Shown here piece after piece: positions 19,828 through 32,664 of a stretch of DNA of 64,000 bases; the first letter of the stretch is position 1, and each line of letters opens with the position of its first letter. The notes below the pieces were generated by a model. That model ran no database searches. It saw only the letters and a list, made by a program, of their open reading frames with translations, and was not told the DNA's origin. Both the position numbers and the translations under genes were made by a program. The DNA comes from Escherichia coli (GTDB lineage Bacteria; Pseudomonadota; Gammaproteobacteria; Enterobacterales; Enterobacteriaceae), in the NCBI RefSeq assembly GCF_030013205.1, contig NZ_CP122648.1. One strand, written 5' to 3'.

Positions 19828-20039
19828 ACTTCGATCCTCCTCTTTCCAGCCTTATTGCAATTAAATAGTATGGCTATTTTTTGAGCAAAATGCTGTCCAG
19901 GATCAATTCTTCACGCCGAATTAACAAAATTTACATTTCCTTCGCCTCCGCCAGCGAATGAGATTGCGATACAAATTTTATCCAGAACTCTGTAGAATCC
20001 CTGCCCTGACCTTTCCTGTAACTGAATATTTTTTAAGCT

Positions 20040-21365
20040 ATGAGCAAAGTAACTCCCCAGCCGAAAATCGGCTTTGTTTCCCTTGGCTGTCCGAAAAACC
20101 TTGTCGATTCAGAGCGTATTCTCACCGAACTACGCACTGAAGGTTATGACGTGGTACCGAGCTATGACGATGCGGACATGGTGATCGTCAACACCTGCGG
20201 CTTTATTGACAGCGCGGTACAAGAATCACTGGAAGCCATTGGTGAAGCGTTGAATGAAAACGGCAAGGTAATTGTGACCGGTTGTCTGGGGGCAAAAGAA
20301 GATCAGATCCGCGAAGTCCACCCGAAAGTGCTGGAAATCACCGGGCCTCATAGCTATGAGCAGGTTCTGGAGCACGTTCATCACTACGTGCCAAAACCGA
20401 AACACAACCCATTCCTGAGCCTGGTGCCAGAACAAGGCGTGAAACTGACGCCGCGTCATTATGCCTATCTGAAAATTTCTGAAGGCTGTAATCACCGCTG
20501 CACCTTCTGCATTATTCCGTCTATGCGCGGCGACCTGGTGAGCCGTCCGATTGGCGAAGTGTTAAGTGAAGCGAAACGTCTGGTTGATGCGGGCGTTAAA
20601 GAGATTCTGGTGATCTCGCAGGATACTTCCGCCTATGGCGTCGATGTTAAACATCGTACTGGCTTCCACAACGGCGAGCCGGTAAAAACCAGCATGGTCA
20701 GCCTGTGCGAACAGTTATCGAAACTGGGGATCTGGACACGTCTGCACTACGTTTACCCTTATCCGCATGTGGACGACGTCATCCCACTGATGGCAGAAGG
20801 CAAAATCCTGCCGTATCTGGACATTCCGTTGCAGCACGCCAGCCCGCGCATTCTCAAACTGATGAAGCGTCCGGGTTCTGTAGATCGCCAACTGGCGCGC
20901 ATCAAACAGTGGCGCGAAATCTGCCCGGAACTGACCCTACGCTCAACCTTTATTGTCGGCTTCCCTGGCGAGACAGAAGAAGATTTCCAGATGCTACTCG
21001 ACTTCCTGAAAGAAGCGCGTCTGGATCGCGTTGGCTGCTTTAAATACAGCCCGGTTGAAGGTGCAGACGCCAATGCCCTGCCTGACCAGGTTCCGGAAGA
21101 AGTGAAAGAAGAACGCTGGAACCGTTTCATGCAGTTGCAGCAGCAGATTTCCGCCGAGCGCCTGCAAGAGAAAGTGGGCCGTGAAATTCTGGTGATTATC
21201 GACGAAGTGGACGAAGAAGGTGCGATTGGTCGCAGCATGGCAGATGCACCGGAAATCGACGGCGCGGTTTATCTCAATGGTGAAACCAACGTTAAGCCGG
21301 GTGATATCCTGCGTGTGAAAGTCGAGCACGCCGATGAGTACGATTTGTGGGGTAGCCGGGTTTAA
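20040..21365 (+). CDS. rimO: Ribosomal protein S12 methylthiotransferase RimO
   Basis: 441 aa radical-SAM MTTase with CxxxCxxC motif (CNHRCTFC) and TRAM domain. Confidence 0.95.
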
Positions 21366-21549
21366 TTAATCTTAAGGCAGATCTAACAAGGATATTGTTC
21401 TTCGATCTGCCTCTGCTACCCTTCCCGATGTCCTACCCTTACGCACAAAATCCCCTGACGCATAAATCGAGAAAAATGAATCGTACTCGAGGCAACTCTC
21501 ACTTTTTCACACCAAATTAAAGTTTTGATCGCAATTACTTGAAATAAGC

Positions 21550-21575
21550 GTAATGGTTACTATAGTAAACATTAC
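21550..21575. promoter_or_regulatory. Near-perfect 13-bp-arm palindrome upstream of the toxin gene; candidate autoregulatory operator
   Basis: GTAATGGTTACTA/TAGTAAACATTAC, one mismatch, ending 16 bp before the ATG at 21591. Confidence 0.5.
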
Positions 21576-21590
21576 CACAAGGATGGATGT

Positions 21591-21977
21591 ATGGGTGTGT
21601 ATAAGGCAAGACGATTCAGCCAAAGCACGAAAAAACTTGGTATTCACGATAAAGTTCTCATGGCTGCCGCTGAAGAAGTGATGCAGGGCATATGGGAGGC
21701 TGATTTAGGTAGCGGTGTCATCAAAAAACGTTTACCCCTCCAACAAGGAAAGAGTGGTGGAGCCAGAACAATTATCTTTTTTAAATCAGCAAATCATGTG
21801 TTTTTTTATGATGGTTGGTCCAAGAGTGGTCTAAGCAGTAAAGGAACCAAAGAAATCGAAGATGATGAACTGGCGGCCTACAAAAAAATGGCAAATGCAT
21901 TTCTGGCCTTTAGCACTAAGCAAATAGAGGATTTGATCGAAACTGGCTTTTTGATTGAGGTGAAAAATGAGCGATAA
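21591..21977 (+). CDS. Type II toxin-antitoxin RelE/ParE-superfamily toxin-like protein
   Basis: 128 aa ORF with KSGGARTIIFF core resembling RelE/ParE-fold toxins; 11-nt overlap with downstream HTH gene; not in this position in the K-12 gene order as I recall it. Confidence 0.6.
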   Translation: MGVYKARRFSQSTKKLGIHDKVLMAAAEEVMQGIWEADLGSGVIKKRLPLQQGKSGGARTIIFFKSANHVFFYDGWSKSGLSSKGTKEIEDDELAAYKKMANAFLAFSTKQIEDLIETGFLIEVKNER

Positions 21978-22296
21978 ATTACAAATGATGCTGGAAGATG
22001 CAAAGGAACTGAATGCACTGGGCCTGATGTCTGATAGTGAAGTTGATGCCATTGCCGTCATGGTCAAAGCTCGTGAAGTCAGCGCCCGTATAGCCAAAGT
22101 CAAATCAATGACGGGTGAAGAGATCAAAGCCATCCGCACCCGATACGGCATGTCACAATCCGTGCTGGCACATACAATGGGAATGTCAAAAGAAAGTGTC
22201 TCGAAATGGGAACGTAATGAAATAAAACCGAGCGGCCCGGCATTACGTATTTTGAATACATTGGCAATAAAAGGGCCGGAAGTTTTTGCAAAGTAA
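21967..22296 (+). CDS. HTH (XRE-type) DNA-binding antitoxin-like protein
   Basis: 109 aa ORF; C-terminal HTH (MSQSVLAHTMGMSKESVSKWERNE) with N-terminal extension; coupled to upstream toxin-like gene. Confidence 0.6.
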   Translation: MSDKLQMMLEDAKELNALGLMSDSEVDAIAVMVKAREVSARIAKVKSMTGEEIKAIRTRYGMSQSVLAHTMGMSKESVSKWERNEIKPSGPALRILNTLAIKGPEVFAK

Positions 22297-22325
22297 AATG
22301 TTTGCAAATGATTTACCACATTCAT

Positions 22326-22351
22326 TAGTACCCCTTGATTAAGGGGTACTA
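22326..22351. terminator. Bidirectional hairpin between antitoxin-like gene and convergent dgcI
   Basis: Perfect inverted repeat TAGTACCCCTT-GA-TTAAGGGGTACTA. Confidence 0.55.
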
Positions 22352-22365
22352 ACACTATTCTAATT

Positions 22366-23694
22366 CTACTGCCAGCTAATCTGCGCCCTGCCGTTTTTCT
22401 TACTCTTATACAGTCGCTCATCCGCCAGCATTTTCAAGCGTTCGACGGTAGTACATTCATTTGAATGCGCTACACCGATACTGGTGCTTAAATTAATGCT
22501 TCCCACCTGGAAATGAACAATTTCTTTTAGAATCGATAGCAACTCTTCCAGCGTTCCACCCGTATAAATCACCGCAAATTCGTCACCGCCGAAGCGGTAG
22601 ACTTTACCTTTATCTACGGGGATCTGTGATTTAAGGATTTTCACCACTTTCATCAACACTTCATCGCCCAGCAAATGACCGAAGGTGTCGTTGATGTTTT
22701 TGAATTTATCGACGTCAAACAGGCACAAATAACCGCCTTTTTCCGGCAGCGCTTTTAAATCTTCGTCAAAGGATTTTCTGCCCATTGCTTTGGTCAGGTC
22801 ATCCAGGAACGCCGAGTTATACAGACTGTAGAGTTTTTTGACATCGGCAGCCGAAAAGAAAAGCCCGCCATCCAGTACGCGTTCAAAATGGTTATTAATG
22901 ATGGCTTCTTTCTCCACAATACCACGATTAATCACTCTGCGTACCAGATAGAGGCAACTGACACCCGAAATCACTGCCACCAATGCGGCAAAGAAAATAA
23001 TCAATGTACAGACCCGCAAATAAACATCTTTTTTATACGCAAATACGTACAATCCGGTCGGCAAATAGGCGAAGTGCTCCATCGCTTCCGAAACGGTGAA
23101 GATGGCGTTTTTAGCATTAAATTCATCACCGGTCACCGGTTTACCGTTCTTAAACAGAGAGAACATCAGGTTCTCGCTATCCATCGCCAGCGATTTTGAC
23201 AGTAAAGAAAAACGCTCCAGACCAAGCAAAAATATCAGACTACGATTATGAGTTACCGGATAGAGGTAATAGACGAAGGTTTTACCGTCAAAAGAGATAA
23301 ACCCTGTATTTTTGACATGTCGATACTTCACAATCTGCATAATATCTGCACAATAATTTTTCTCGAACTCCTTTACCTGAATACATTCGTCACTGGAAAT
23401 CAGATAAGGACCGACATCGTACAAATAAGAGGGTGAAACCGAGTCGGCGTAAGCTGTGCGCAAACCAACCAACAGCTGTTCCTCCGTGGGGTTTAGCGTG
23501 TTGATGAGATCAATTGCCACGCTACGCCGATATTCAGCAATATTTGCCACCGCAAAAGCAGTATCAATAACGGACTGTTTCAGGCCATACACCCGTTCCT
23601 TTACCATTTGAGTGTAGATCCCGCAGGCAACTGCTGAAATCATGATAAAAATCAGCAGACTGACTGTAAGTACGAACTTATTGATTCTGGACAT
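22366..23694 (-). CDS. dgcI: Diguanylate cyclase DgcI (GGDEF)
   Basis: 442 aa, N-terminal TM/periplasmic region plus GGDEF domain (RFGGDEF motif). Confidence 0.9.
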   Translation of the reverse strand: MSRINKFVLTVSLLIFIMISAVACGIYTQMVKERVYGLKQSVIDTAFAVANIAEYRRSVAIDLINTLNPTEEQLLVGLRTAYADSVSPSYLYDVGPYLISSDECIQVKEFEKNYCADIMQIVKYRHVKNTGFISFDGKTFVYYLYPVTHNRSLIFLLGLERFSLLSKSLAMDSENLMFSLFKNGKPVTGDEFNAKNAIFTVSEAMEHFAYLPTGLYVFAYKKDVYLRVCTLIIFFAALVAVISGVSCLYLVRRVINRGIVEKEAIINNHFERVLDGGLFFSAADVKKLYSLYNSAFLDDLTKAMGRKSFDEDLKALPEKGGYLCLFDVDKFKNINDTFGHLLGDEVLMKVVKILKSQIPVDKGKVYRFGGDEFAVIYTGGTLEELLSILKEIVHFQVGSINLSTSIGVAHSNECTTVERLKMLADERLYKSKKNGRAQISWQ

Positions 23695-23701
23695 ACGTAA
23701 A

Positions 23702-26050
23702 CTACTCTTTTACTAATTTTCCACTTTTATCCCAGGCGGAGAATGGCATGGGTTTCTGGTACAGATACCCCTGAGCCTGAACACATCCTAATTTGATTAA
23801 TTCGCGCGCAACGTCTTCGCTCTCTACGCCTTCCGCAATCACCGGGATCCGGTTATAGCGTGCCAGATCGAAAATAATGCGCACAATTTTTCCCGCAGTA
23901 CCGAAAATATCGCCGGTAAATTGTGAGTCCACTTTTATGCTATCTGGATTAATTTCATAAAAACGTTTCAGGTTTGACAAACCGGTGCCAAAGTCATCAA
24001 TCGATATCTGTACCCCTTGTTTACGCAGTTGTTCAATATTGAGATAAAAATGTTCATTAATTCGCTCGATCACGGTTTCAGTGATCTCAACACAGAGGCT
24101 GTTCTCCTTCAGGCCATTTTCTTTCATGATGGTGGTAAAACGCTCATGAAAGTGTGGTTCGTTTAACTGCCAGGGCGAAACATTAATATGCAGTAAGAAA
24201 TCATCCTTCAGCGACGCACGCTGACTAAAATGTCTGAATTCACCCATTGCCGTTTTAATAATCTGATAACCCAGCTCATTGATAAACCCGATATCTTCAG
24301 CAATGGTAATGAACTTTAGCGGTGAAATGATCCCCCGCTCCGCAGACACCCAACGGCACAACGCCTCCGCGCCCAGAATGGCGCGGGTGTTAATATCAAC
24401 GATCGGTTGATAGACGAGGAATAGTTCGCCAATTTCCATTGCATGGCGAATATTACGCGCAATCCAGATATTCTCTTCTATTTCGTTGAGTTTCGCGTCA
24501 TCACAGAAAATAAACTCTGAGAACATATGGTCACGGATACTGGAAATCGCCAGTTTCAGTTTTTCTGCGTAACTCCAGGCGTTTTCTCCCTGCAAAGGTT
24601 CACAAATGGCAGACTTATGGATGCGCAGATTGCGGTAGCCAAAGCTGCTGTCAAAATCGTTTATCATCGCTATTTTACGGGTAAATGTCTGTACATTTTC
24701 CCGGCACAGAAGTAAATAGAGATCGGCATTGAATGTCACGATATCGCAGCATTGCGCATATTTCTCGGCAATTCGCTGACACAATTTCCTGACGATTTTA
24801 TTGCGTTCATCAACACCAAACACCGCTTCCACGGCTTCCAGACCACACAGTTTGATGATCCCCACAGCCAGATACTGATTATTGTTGGACTCAATAATCG
24901 CCATATTTTTAATAAAACCGCTTTCCTGATCGTAAGAGATCAGTGAGAGCAATTTATTTGACCGTTCAATTTCGGCATCTTTCATTTCCGCGATCGAATT
25001 TTTGATGCTGATAATCTCTTTCGCATCGCCTTCGCGAATTTTCAGAGCCTCGATTTGATCCGTTGAGTCAGGCAAAAACGCCAGCGTATTAACCAGCTCT
25101 GTCATTTCAGAAAATTGCCGACGGAACACACGAGTGGTCATTAAATAAACCACCAGCAATACGATAATAATGAAAGCAAACGGCAGATAAAAAAGTTTAT
25201 CTGATGCGTTCAATAAATTACCACCAGGATAATAAAAATAGATTTCGAATAATGCGTTGTTTGGCACCGCTGAAGTTTTTTCGATATATTCAGTATCGAC
25301 AGAATCAATAATATTATAATTACCTTCGCTATTATAAATAATTAGTTTTTCACGAGCGAGTTGATTCTTGGCAATGATCTCATGGCCTTGTTTTAAAAAT
25401 AGAACTTCATCATTAGCGCTGATTTGATCAAGATACTCGTTCAGATATCGCCAGTTTAAATCGACATGAATTTTATCCACCGCTAACAAATCATGATCTT
25501 TGCCGTTGATGTGTAGTGTAAAAGAGATACATTTTTTACCCGGACGATCAAAGCAATTGTATGCCGGATTCCAGCTGTTGTTAGAGTCATCTGAAGCCAC
25601 CGACCACGGTCGTTTCGATGGGTTAAAATCGGCAAAAATTACCCGCCCTGACTCGTCGACAAGCGGTCCATTTACTTGTTCCTGATGATAAACAACGATT
25701 TTATCATTCGCCCTCCGCGAAAAAAGATAATATTTATTATCATCAAGTACCAGTCCCACCGAGTCTAAAAATGGCATCATTTCCATTTTAAGAATCACGG
25801 CGCGTTGAATCTCCTCTGTATTTTTTAATAAATACAGTGAGTCCTTTAATGTCAGGGCCGAACGTTCAATATCTTTAAAGAAATAGCCAACGTTTTTCTG
25901 AATAAGTTCAAAGCGGCTATCGGCACGTTTTACCGCGCGCTCCGATACCAGTTGATAGTTAATGATGAAAAAAAGACCAATAAATGACAGTGCTGCCAAT
26001 AAAAATAAAATTATCAGCCTTATCTTTATCTTTTCGTATAAACTCAGCAT
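23702..26050 (-). CDS. pdeI: c-di-GMP phosphodiesterase PdeI (EAL)
   Basis: 782 aa from [13 protein letters not shown]...; EAL domain; ORF has a 26-codon upstream extension that I did not use. Confidence 0.9.
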   Translation of the reverse strand: MLSLYEKIKIRLIILFLLAALSFIGLFFIINYQLVSERAVKRADSRFELIQKNVGYFFKDIERSALTLKDSLYLLKNTEEIQRAVILKMEMMPFLDSVGLVLDDNKYYLFSRRANDKIVVYHQEQVNGPLVDESGRVIFADFNPSKRPWSVASDDSNNSWNPAYNCFDRPGKKCISFTLHINGKDHDLLAVDKIHVDLNWRYLNEYLDQISANDEVLFLKQGHEIIAKNQLAREKLIIYNSEGNYNIIDSVDTEYIEKTSAVPNNALFEIYFYYPGGNLLNASDKLFYLPFAFIIIVLLVVYLMTTRVFRRQFSEMTELVNTLAFLPDSTDQIEALKIREGDAKEIISIKNSIAEMKDAEIERSNKLLSLISYDQESGFIKNMAIIESNNNQYLAVGIIKLCGLEAVEAVFGVDERNKIVRKLCQRIAEKYAQCCDIVTFNADLYLLLCRENVQTFTRKIAMINDFDSSFGYRNLRIHKSAICEPLQGENAWSYAEKLKLAISSIRDHMFSEFIFCDDAKLNEIEENIWIARNIRHAMEIGELFLVYQPIVDINTRAILGAEALCRWVSAERGIISPLKFITIAEDIGFINELGYQIIKTAMGEFRHFSQRASLKDDFLLHINVSPWQLNEPHFHERFTTIMKENGLKENSLCVEITETVIERINEHFYLNIEQLRKQGVQISIDDFGTGLSNLKRFYEINPDSIKVDSQFTGDIFGTAGKIVRIIFDLARYNRIPVIAEGVESEDVARELIKLGCVQAQGYLYQKPMPFSAWDKSGKLVKE

Positions 26051-26227
26051 GTTAATACATTTAACAAAATAACTATCTGAACGCTGTGCCGCTGCAAAAA
26101 TTGTCCCTTGCTGCGGCTTTTTAACCAAATTACCCGATTCTACAAAATCAGCAGAAAGTTACAACACTTGCTTAGGGCAATAATTTCCTGTGAGGTGATT
26201 ACCCTTTCAAGCAATATTCAAACGTAA

Positions 26228-27139
26228 CTATCCTTTAATTTTCGGATCCAGCGCATCGCGTAAACCATCGCCCAACAAATTGAACGCCAGTACGGTCAGA
26301 AAAATAGCCAGGGCCGGAAAAACAGCGACATGCGGCGCGATAACCATATCCGCTCGTGCCTCATTGAGCATTGCTCCCCACTCTGGTGTCGGCGGCTGCG
26401 CACCGAGGCCGAGAAATGACAGGCTGGCGGCAGAGATAATCGAGGTGCCGATGCGCATGGTGAAAAACACCACGATAGAAGAGACGGTCCCAGGCAAGAT
26501 ATGACGCAATAAAATGGTCATATCGCTGGCACCAATACTGCGTGCTGACTCAATAAAGGTTTGCTGTTTCAACACCAGCGTGTTGCCGCGCACCAGGCGG
26601 GCAAACGCGGGGATGGAAAAAATGGCGACAGCGATAATCACGTTAGCAATGCCGCTTCCCAACACCGCAACAACAGCGATCGCCAGTAAAATACCCGGGA
26701 AGGCAAACAGCACATCGCAAATGCGCATGATTAGCCGATCCCACCAGCCTTCATAATATCCAGCAAGCAAGCCCAGCAACGTCCCGATCGCCGCACCGAT
26801 AAACACGGCAAACACACCCGCCGCCAGTGAGATTTGCGCACCAACCAGGACACGGCTGAAAATGTCGCGCCCCAGTGAATCGACGCCAAACCAGTGCTGC
26901 AAAGAAGGTCCGTTATTCAGATTGTCATAATCGAAATAATTTTCGGCGTCATAGGGAGCGATCCAGCGTGCAAAAATGGCCACTACAATCAATAAAATAA
27001 CGAATAATGCGGCGGTCATCGCCATATGCTGACGGCGAAATCGTCGCCAGAATTCATGCCACGGTGTACGTACCTGGTCAGGTTTGACCAGTGGCATGGC
27101 GTTTAACGCCGCCTGACGTCGCCAGTTAAATAGTCGCAT
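26228..27139 (-). CDS. gsiD: Glutathione ABC transporter permease GsiD
   Basis: 303 aa ABC permease, recognised operon context. Confidence 0.9.
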   Translation of the reverse strand: MRLFNWRRQAALNAMPLVKPDQVRTPWHEFWRRFRRQHMAMTAALFVILLIVVAIFARWIAPYDAENYFDYDNLNNGPSLQHWFGVDSLGRDIFSRVLVGAQISLAAGVFAVFIGAAIGTLLGLLAGYYEGWWDRLIMRICDVLFAFPGILLAIAVVAVLGSGIANVIIAVAIFSIPAFARLVRGNTLVLKQQTFIESARSIGASDMTILLRHILPGTVSSIVVFFTMRIGTSIISAASLSFLGLGAQPPTPEWGAMLNEARADMVIAPHVAVFPALAIFLTVLAFNLLGDGLRDALDPKIKG

Positions 27140-27141
27140 CC

Positions 27142-28062
27142 TTACTTGTACCTGATAGCCGGGTTAATGGCGGCGTAAAGCACATCCACCACTAAGTTGA
27201 TAAGAATAAATTCCAGCGAGAAAAGCAGAATTTCCGCCTGAATCACCGGGTAATCGCGCATTTCTACGGAGTCAACGAGTAAGCGTCCAAGTCCGGGCCA
27301 GTTGAAAACCTTCTCCACCACGATGGAACCACCGAGCAAGAAGCCAAACTGTAAGCCCATCATGGTCACTACCGGGATCATCGCGTTACGTAGCCCGTGT
27401 TTGAGGACAACCCAGGTTTCGCTCACCCCTTTCGCCCTCGCGGTACGCATATAATCTTCGCTTAAAACATCGACAAACGACGCGCGGGTAAAGCGCGCCA
27501 TCACGGCTGCCACTGCCGCGCCGAGCGTCAGGGAGGGTAAAATGTAGTGCTGCCAACTGTCTGCTCCCACGGTAGGCAGCCAGCCCAGTTCAACGGAGAA
27601 TACCTGAATTAAAAGCATCCCCAGCGCAAATGCCGGAAACGAGATCCCCGACACCGCAATGGTCATACTCAATCGATCCGGCCAACGATTACGCCAGACG
27701 GCGGCGATAATTCCCGCCGCCATACCAAATATCACCGCCCAGACCATACTGGTTATGGTCAGCCACAGCGTTGGCATAAAGCGGCTGGCAATCTCATCGG
27801 CAACCGGACGACGCGACACCATCGACAGGCCAAAATCCCCCTGCACAGCATTGCTGATATAGTGCCAGAACTGGTGATACAGCGGCTGATCCAACCCCAG
27901 CTGCTGACGCACCAGTTCTATAACCTGCGCATCAGCTTCGGGCCCGGCAATCAATCGCGCCGGATCGCCGGGCAGCATATGGACAAATAAAAACACCAGC
28001 ACCGAGACGATAAACAGCGTTGGAATCAACCCCAGTAAGCGTTTGATAACGTAATTAAGCAT
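27142..28062 (-). CDS. gsiC: Glutathione ABC transporter permease GsiC
   Basis: 306 aa ABC permease. Confidence 0.9.
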   Translation of the reverse strand: MLNYVIKRLLGLIPTLFIVSVLVFLFVHMLPGDPARLIAGPEADAQVIELVRQQLGLDQPLYHQFWHYISNAVQGDFGLSMVSRRPVADEIASRFMPTLWLTITSMVWAVIFGMAAGIIAAVWRNRWPDRLSMTIAVSGISFPAFALGMLLIQVFSVELGWLPTVGADSWQHYILPSLTLGAAVAAVMARFTRASFVDVLSEDYMRTARAKGVSETWVVLKHGLRNAMIPVVTMMGLQFGFLLGGSIVVEKVFNWPGLGRLLVDSVEMRDYPVIQAEILLFSLEFILINLVVDVLYAAINPAIRYK

Positions 28063-28079
28063 TCCACTCCCTGCGTTGC

Positions 28080-29618
28080 TTATTGCAAATCCGCGTCTTC
28101 AAAGCTGAAACCGGTGTCTGGCATGATCCAAAAACCGGTCAGGTTTTTACTGTGTGCCGACACCAGTTTTTCTACCACCAGCGGGATCCACGGCGACTCT
28201 TGCCAGATGATATCCTGCGCCGCCTTATATAAACGGGTCTTTTCCGCCGGATCATTAGTTTTCAGTGCCTGAGCCAGGAAGTCATCCACCTGTTTATTGC
28301 TGTAAAACGCGGTATTAAACAGCGTCGGTGGCCAGTTTTGCGATGCAAACAGCGGCGATAGTGCCCAGTCAGCTTCGCCGGTTGAAGCCGACCAGCCAGT
28401 GTAGAACATCCTCACTCCGCTCTCTTTTTGCCCTTTACCTTCAACTTCTGCCGCCCGATGTCCGGCATCCATCGCAGTCACCTGGGCTTTAATCCCGACC
28501 TGCGCTAACTGCTGCTGGGTAAATTGCAGCACTTTCTGCGCGGTGCTGTGGTTATGTGACGACCACAGCGTGGTACTGAAACCGTTGGGATATCCCGCCT
28601 CTTTCAGTAATTCGCGCGCTTTCACTGGATCGTAAGGCCACGGTTTATAACTTTGCGCGTAGGCGATACTCGGCGGTACCACACCAGTAGCTGGCGTTGC
28701 ATAGCCCGCGAAGGCTACTTTCACCAGCGCCGGGCGGTTAATGGCGTAATTCAGCGCCTCACGGACCTTCGGGTTATCGAACGGCTTTTGCGTCACGTTC
28801 ATACTGATATAACGCTGCATAATTGACGGACTGGCCATCAACTCGATATTTTTGTTTTTCTCCAGCAGTGCGGCCTGCTCGTAGGGAATGGGGAAAGCAA
28901 ACTGCGCTTCACCGGTTTGCAGCATTGCCGCGCGGGTATTGTTATCCGCCACCGGACGCCAGGTTATGCTGTCCAGTTTGGGCAATCCTGGCTGCCAGTA
29001 ACCCGCGAATTTTTTCACCTTCACAAAATCGGTCTGATTCCAGGTATCCAGTTCATACGGCCCGGTTCCCACCGGATGAAAACCAATCTCCTTGCCATAT
29101 TTTTCCAGCGCTGCCGGCGAAATCATCGCGGTCGCCGGATGGGCAAGAATATTAATAAACGCTGAGAACGGCTGTTTGAGGGTAATCTTTACCGTTGTTG
29201 GATCGATCGCTTCCGTTTTGGCAATATTCTTATACAGGTTGTAGCGTTTAAGATGATTCGCCGGATCGCTGGCCCGGTCCAGATTCGCTTTTACCGCCGC
29301 TGCGTTGAAGTCGGTGCCATCCTGGAATTTAATTCCTTCCCGCAATTTCACGGTGTAAGTAAGGCCGTCATCGGAAACGGTATAACTCTCCGCCAGCACG
29401 TTTTTCAGTTTCATCTCTTTATCGAGACCGAACAGCCCCTGGTAAAACGATTTCGCTACGGCCTGAGATAACGTGTCATTTGCGTCATACGGATCGAGCG
29501 TGGTGAAGTTCGATCCTACCGCCACCACCACATCTTTGGCAGCGAATGCACAAGATGCCATCAACGCTGTCGCAATGCCCAGCGCCACTAACCCACTACG
29601 GTGTACAGCTCTTGCCAT
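28080..29618 (-). CDS. gsiB: Glutathione-binding periplasmic protein GsiB
   Basis: 512 aa from [26 protein letters not shown] (signal peptide); ORF has a long upstream extension that I did not use. Confidence 0.9.
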   Translation of the reverse strand: MARAVHRSGLVALGIATALMASCAFAAKDVVVAVGSNFTTLDPYDANDTLSQAVAKSFYQGLFGLDKEMKLKNVLAESYTVSDDGLTYTVKLREGIKFQDGTDFNAAAVKANLDRASDPANHLKRYNLYKNIAKTEAIDPTTVKITLKQPFSAFINILAHPATAMISPAALEKYGKEIGFHPVGTGPYELDTWNQTDFVKVKKFAGYWQPGLPKLDSITWRPVADNNTRAAMLQTGEAQFAFPIPYEQAALLEKNKNIELMASPSIMQRYISMNVTQKPFDNPKVREALNYAINRPALVKVAFAGYATPATGVVPPSIAYAQSYKPWPYDPVKARELLKEAGYPNGFSTTLWSSHNHSTAQKVLQFTQQQLAQVGIKAQVTAMDAGHRAAEVEGKGQKESGVRMFYTGWSASTGEADWALSPLFASQNWPPTLFNTAFYSNKQVDDFLAQALKTNDPAEKTRLYKAAQDIIWQESPWIPLVVEKLVSAHSKNLTGFWIMPDTGFSFEDADLQ

Positions 29619-29637
29619 TTTATTCTCCGCCTGAATG

Positions 29638-31509
29638 TTATCTACGCATGAATGCGTATTCTGATTGTGGTTGTGCGACGTAATGCCCCGGCCCGACGCA
29701 TTGCAACGAGACGGCTGCCACCTCTTCGCCACGCAGATGAATATTGCTGGGAAGATCGTCCGACAGCAGTACACGCTGCGGTCGTTGTCGGGACGGTTCA
29801 GCGACCGGAACTGCCGCCAGTAATTTACGCGTATAAGGATGCTGCGGGTTTTCGAAGACCGCGCGCCGTGGACCAATTTCAACAATTTGTCCGAGATACA
29901 TCACCGCCACACGATGACTAATCCGCTCTACCACGGCCATATCGTGGGAGATAAACAGATACGCAATGCCGAAATCACGCTGGAGATCGAGCAACAAGTT
30001 GATAATCTGCCCGCGAATAGAAACATCCAGCGCCGAAACGGCTTCGTCGGCAATGATCACTTTTGGATTCAATGCCAACGCGCGAGCAATGCAGATGCGC
30101 TGGCGCTGACCGCCGGAAAACTCATGCGGGTAACGCCAGGCATGTTCAGGTAACAGGCCCACGCGCTCCAGCAACCACGCAACGCGTGCAGCCGCTTCTT
30201 TACCTGTCAATAAACCGTGTACGCGCAGCGGTTCGATAATCGAATCACCGATGGTCTGACGTGGGTCCAGCGAAGCGTAAGGGTCCTGAAAAATAAACTG
30301 AATATCCCGGCGCAATGCCTGAAGTTTGCCGGGTGACAAGGTATCGATTCGCTGACCGTTAAAGATAATTTCGCCGCCCTGCGATTCGACCAGGCGCAGC
30401 AACGCCCGCCCGGTAGTGGATTTACCGCTGCCAGACTCGCCCACCAGCGATAGCGTTTCGCCAGGCCAGAGATCAAAACTGACTTTCTCAACGGCATGCA
30501 CTTCCCGCGTTACGCGATTCAACAAACCGCTGCGCAAAGGGAAACGGGTGACCAGATTACGCACCCGTAAAACAGGTTCGCCATCCACCACCGTTTTCTG
30601 CTCGATGGGTGGTTCCTGTTTCGCTGGATGTTCAAGCGATATCAATGGGAAACGTCGGGGATAATCTAACCCTTTCATCGCACCAAGTTGCGGAACAGCA
30701 GCTAACAGCGCACGGGTGTAAGGATGTTGCGGTGCATGAAAAATCTGTTCGACGCTACCCGTTTCCACCGCCTCGCCCTGATACATCACCAGTACCCGAT
30801 CGGCAATCTCTGCCACCACGCCCATATCGTGAGTGATAAAGATAACGCCCATCGACATCTCTTTTTGCAATACTTTGATTAATTGCAGGATCTGCGCCTG
30901 AATAGTGACATCCAGCGCGGTGGTTGGCTCATCGGCAATCAGCACCGCCGGGCGGCATGACAGCGCCATCGCAATCATCACTCGCTGGCGCATCCCGCCA
31001 GAGAGTTGATGCGGATAACGTGAAAGGATGGTTTGTGCCTCCGGAATGCGTACCTGATCCAGCATCCGCTTCGCCTCGACCATTGCTTCTTCACGACTGG
31101 CGTTTTGATGCAGACGAATAGATTCAGCAATCTGTTCACCCACAGTAAATACCGGGTTCAGCGATGTCATCGGCTCCTGAAATATCATCGCCATATCCGC
31201 ACCGCGCACATGGCGCATTTGTGCAGCGCTCTGCTCGCTAAGTTCAATCACTTCACGACTGCGCCGCCGCAACAGCATTTGATCGCACTGCACTAAACCG
31301 CCCGCCTGTTCCAACAAGCGCATCAATGCCAGCGCAGTCACTGACTTACCAGAGCCGGATTCGCCAACAATTGCCAGCGTCTCACCGCGTTGCAGGCTAA
31401 AAGAGAGATTGCGGACCACAGCTATTTTCTGCTGGTCCTGCATAAAGGCAATATTCAGATTTTCAACCGCCAGCACATCACCGGCATCAAGTTCATCACT
31501 GTGTGGCAA
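29638..31509 (-). CDS. gsiA: Glutathione ABC transporter ATP-binding protein GsiA (tandem ABC domains)
   Basis: Two Walker A motifs (GESGSGKS twice); start placed at in-frame TTG 10 nt downstream of the iaaA stop, giving 623 aa; the first in-frame ATG would overlap iaaA by about 120 nt. Confidence 0.85.
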   Translation of the reverse strand: MPHSDELDAGDVLAVENLNIAFMQDQQKIAVVRNLSFSLQRGETLAIVGESGSGKSVTALALMRLLEQAGGLVQCDQMLLRRRSREVIELSEQSAAQMRHVRGADMAMIFQEPMTSLNPVFTVGEQIAESIRLHQNASREEAMVEAKRMLDQVRIPEAQTILSRYPHQLSGGMRQRVMIAMALSCRPAVLIADEPTTALDVTIQAQILQLIKVLQKEMSMGVIFITHDMGVVAEIADRVLVMYQGEAVETGSVEQIFHAPQHPYTRALLAAVPQLGAMKGLDYPRRFPLISLEHPAKQEPPIEQKTVVDGEPVLRVRNLVTRFPLRSGLLNRVTREVHAVEKVSFDLWPGETLSLVGESGSGKSTTGRALLRLVESQGGEIIFNGQRIDTLSPGKLQALRRDIQFIFQDPYASLDPRQTIGDSIIEPLRVHGLLTGKEAAARVAWLLERVGLLPEHAWRYPHEFSGGQRQRICIARALALNPKVIIADEAVSALDVSIRGQIINLLLDLQRDFGIAYLFISHDMAVVERISHRVAVMYLGQIVEIGPRRAVFENPQHPYTRKLLAAVPVAEPSRQRPQRVLLSDDLPSNIHLRGEEVAAVSLQCVGPGHYVAQPQSEYAFMRR

Positions 31510-32461
31510 CGGTGTCCCCTTTTTCACGGTAGATACCGGTGGTTGGCGTATCGCCTGCGTAGCCCCAGGCGCGATACATTCCTTCGGTGTTAAACGGTAG
31601 CGCGACATTCCCTTCATGGTCGATAGCGATTAAGCCACCGCTACCGCCAAGCGCAGGGAGTTTTTCCATTACTACCCGCTCGCAGGCTTCCGCGAGACTT
31701 AATCCGCCGTAATCCATTAACGCGGCGATGTCATATGCCGCCAGCGCGCGGATGAAGACTTCGCCCGTGCCGGTACAAGAAACTGCCACACTGGCGTTAT
31801 TGGCGTAGCATCCGGCACCCACTAAGGGACTATCGCCAACTCGTCCGGGTAATTTATTGGTCATTCCGCCCGTGGACGTGGCTGCCGCCAGATTGCCGTC
31901 TAAATCCAACGCCACGGCCCCCACGGTGCCCATTTTCTGTTTTTCATCCAGTGGCGCACCGCTATGGTCGAGGTCTGTTGCCCCTTCCTCACGCGCTGCC
32001 ATTAGTTGTTCATAACGCAAAGGCGTGGAGAAAATCTCCGGTGAGACGCGCTCCATGCCATGAGCAAACGCAAAATTTTCTGCCCCTTCGCCAATCATCA
32101 TCACATGCGGGCTTTGCTCCATCACCAGCCGGGCGGCAAGAACCGGATTACGCAGATGACTAACGCCCGCCACCGCACCGGCTTTCAGGGTGTTACCATC
32201 CATTACACAGGCGTCCAGTTCATGGGTTTCATCACGCGTAAAGACAGCGCCAATTCCGGCGTTAAACAGTGGACACTCTTCCAGCAGACGCACCGCTTCC
32301 GTCACCACATCCAGCGCACTTTCGCCCGCTTCCAGCATTTTCTGCCCGGTTTCAACAATGGCAGACAGCGCCTCGATATAGCGTAATTCCTGTTGCAGAC
32401 TCATCTGCGCGCGGCTAATTGCACCTGCGCCGCCATGAATTGCAATGACTGCTTTGCCCAT
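31496..32461 (-). CDS. iaaA: Isoaspartyl dipeptidase / L-asparaginase IaaA (Ntn hydrolase)
   Basis: 321 aa recognised sequence. Confidence 0.9.
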   Translation of the reverse strand: MGKAVIAIHGGAGAISRAQMSLQQELRYIEALSAIVETGQKMLEAGESALDVVTEAVRLLEECPLFNAGIGAVFTRDETHELDACVMDGNTLKAGAVAGVSHLRNPVLAARLVMEQSPHVMMIGEGAENFAFAHGMERVSPEIFSTPLRYEQLMAAREEGATDLDHSGAPLDEKQKMGTVGAVALDLDGNLAAATSTGGMTNKLPGRVGDSPLVGAGCYANNASVAVSCTGTGEVFIRALAAYDIAALMDYGGLSLAEACERVVMEKLPALGGSGGLIAIDHEGNVALPFNTEGMYRAWGYAGDTPTTGIYREKGDTVATQ

Positions 32462-32664
32462 AGTATTCGTCCATTAAGGGTGGCTCGCCACTTTTGCTAT
32501 AAATATCAGAATTTTTATGAATTACTCATTCAATTTTTGAATATAGAAAGATGGATATGGCATGTAAAGGCAGGAGCCAGCGCTACGCCCGAGGTGGCAT
32601 ACAGTCTGTGGCGTTTTTCTGACATAATAGGCAAATTCGATTTTGCCTCCGCAGGAGTGTTTTC

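Noticed and set aside
21373-21412. Possible terminator after rimO (GGCAGATC...GATCTGCC)
   Set aside because: The 8-bp arms are separated by a roughly 22-nt loop with no T tract; too weak to call confidently
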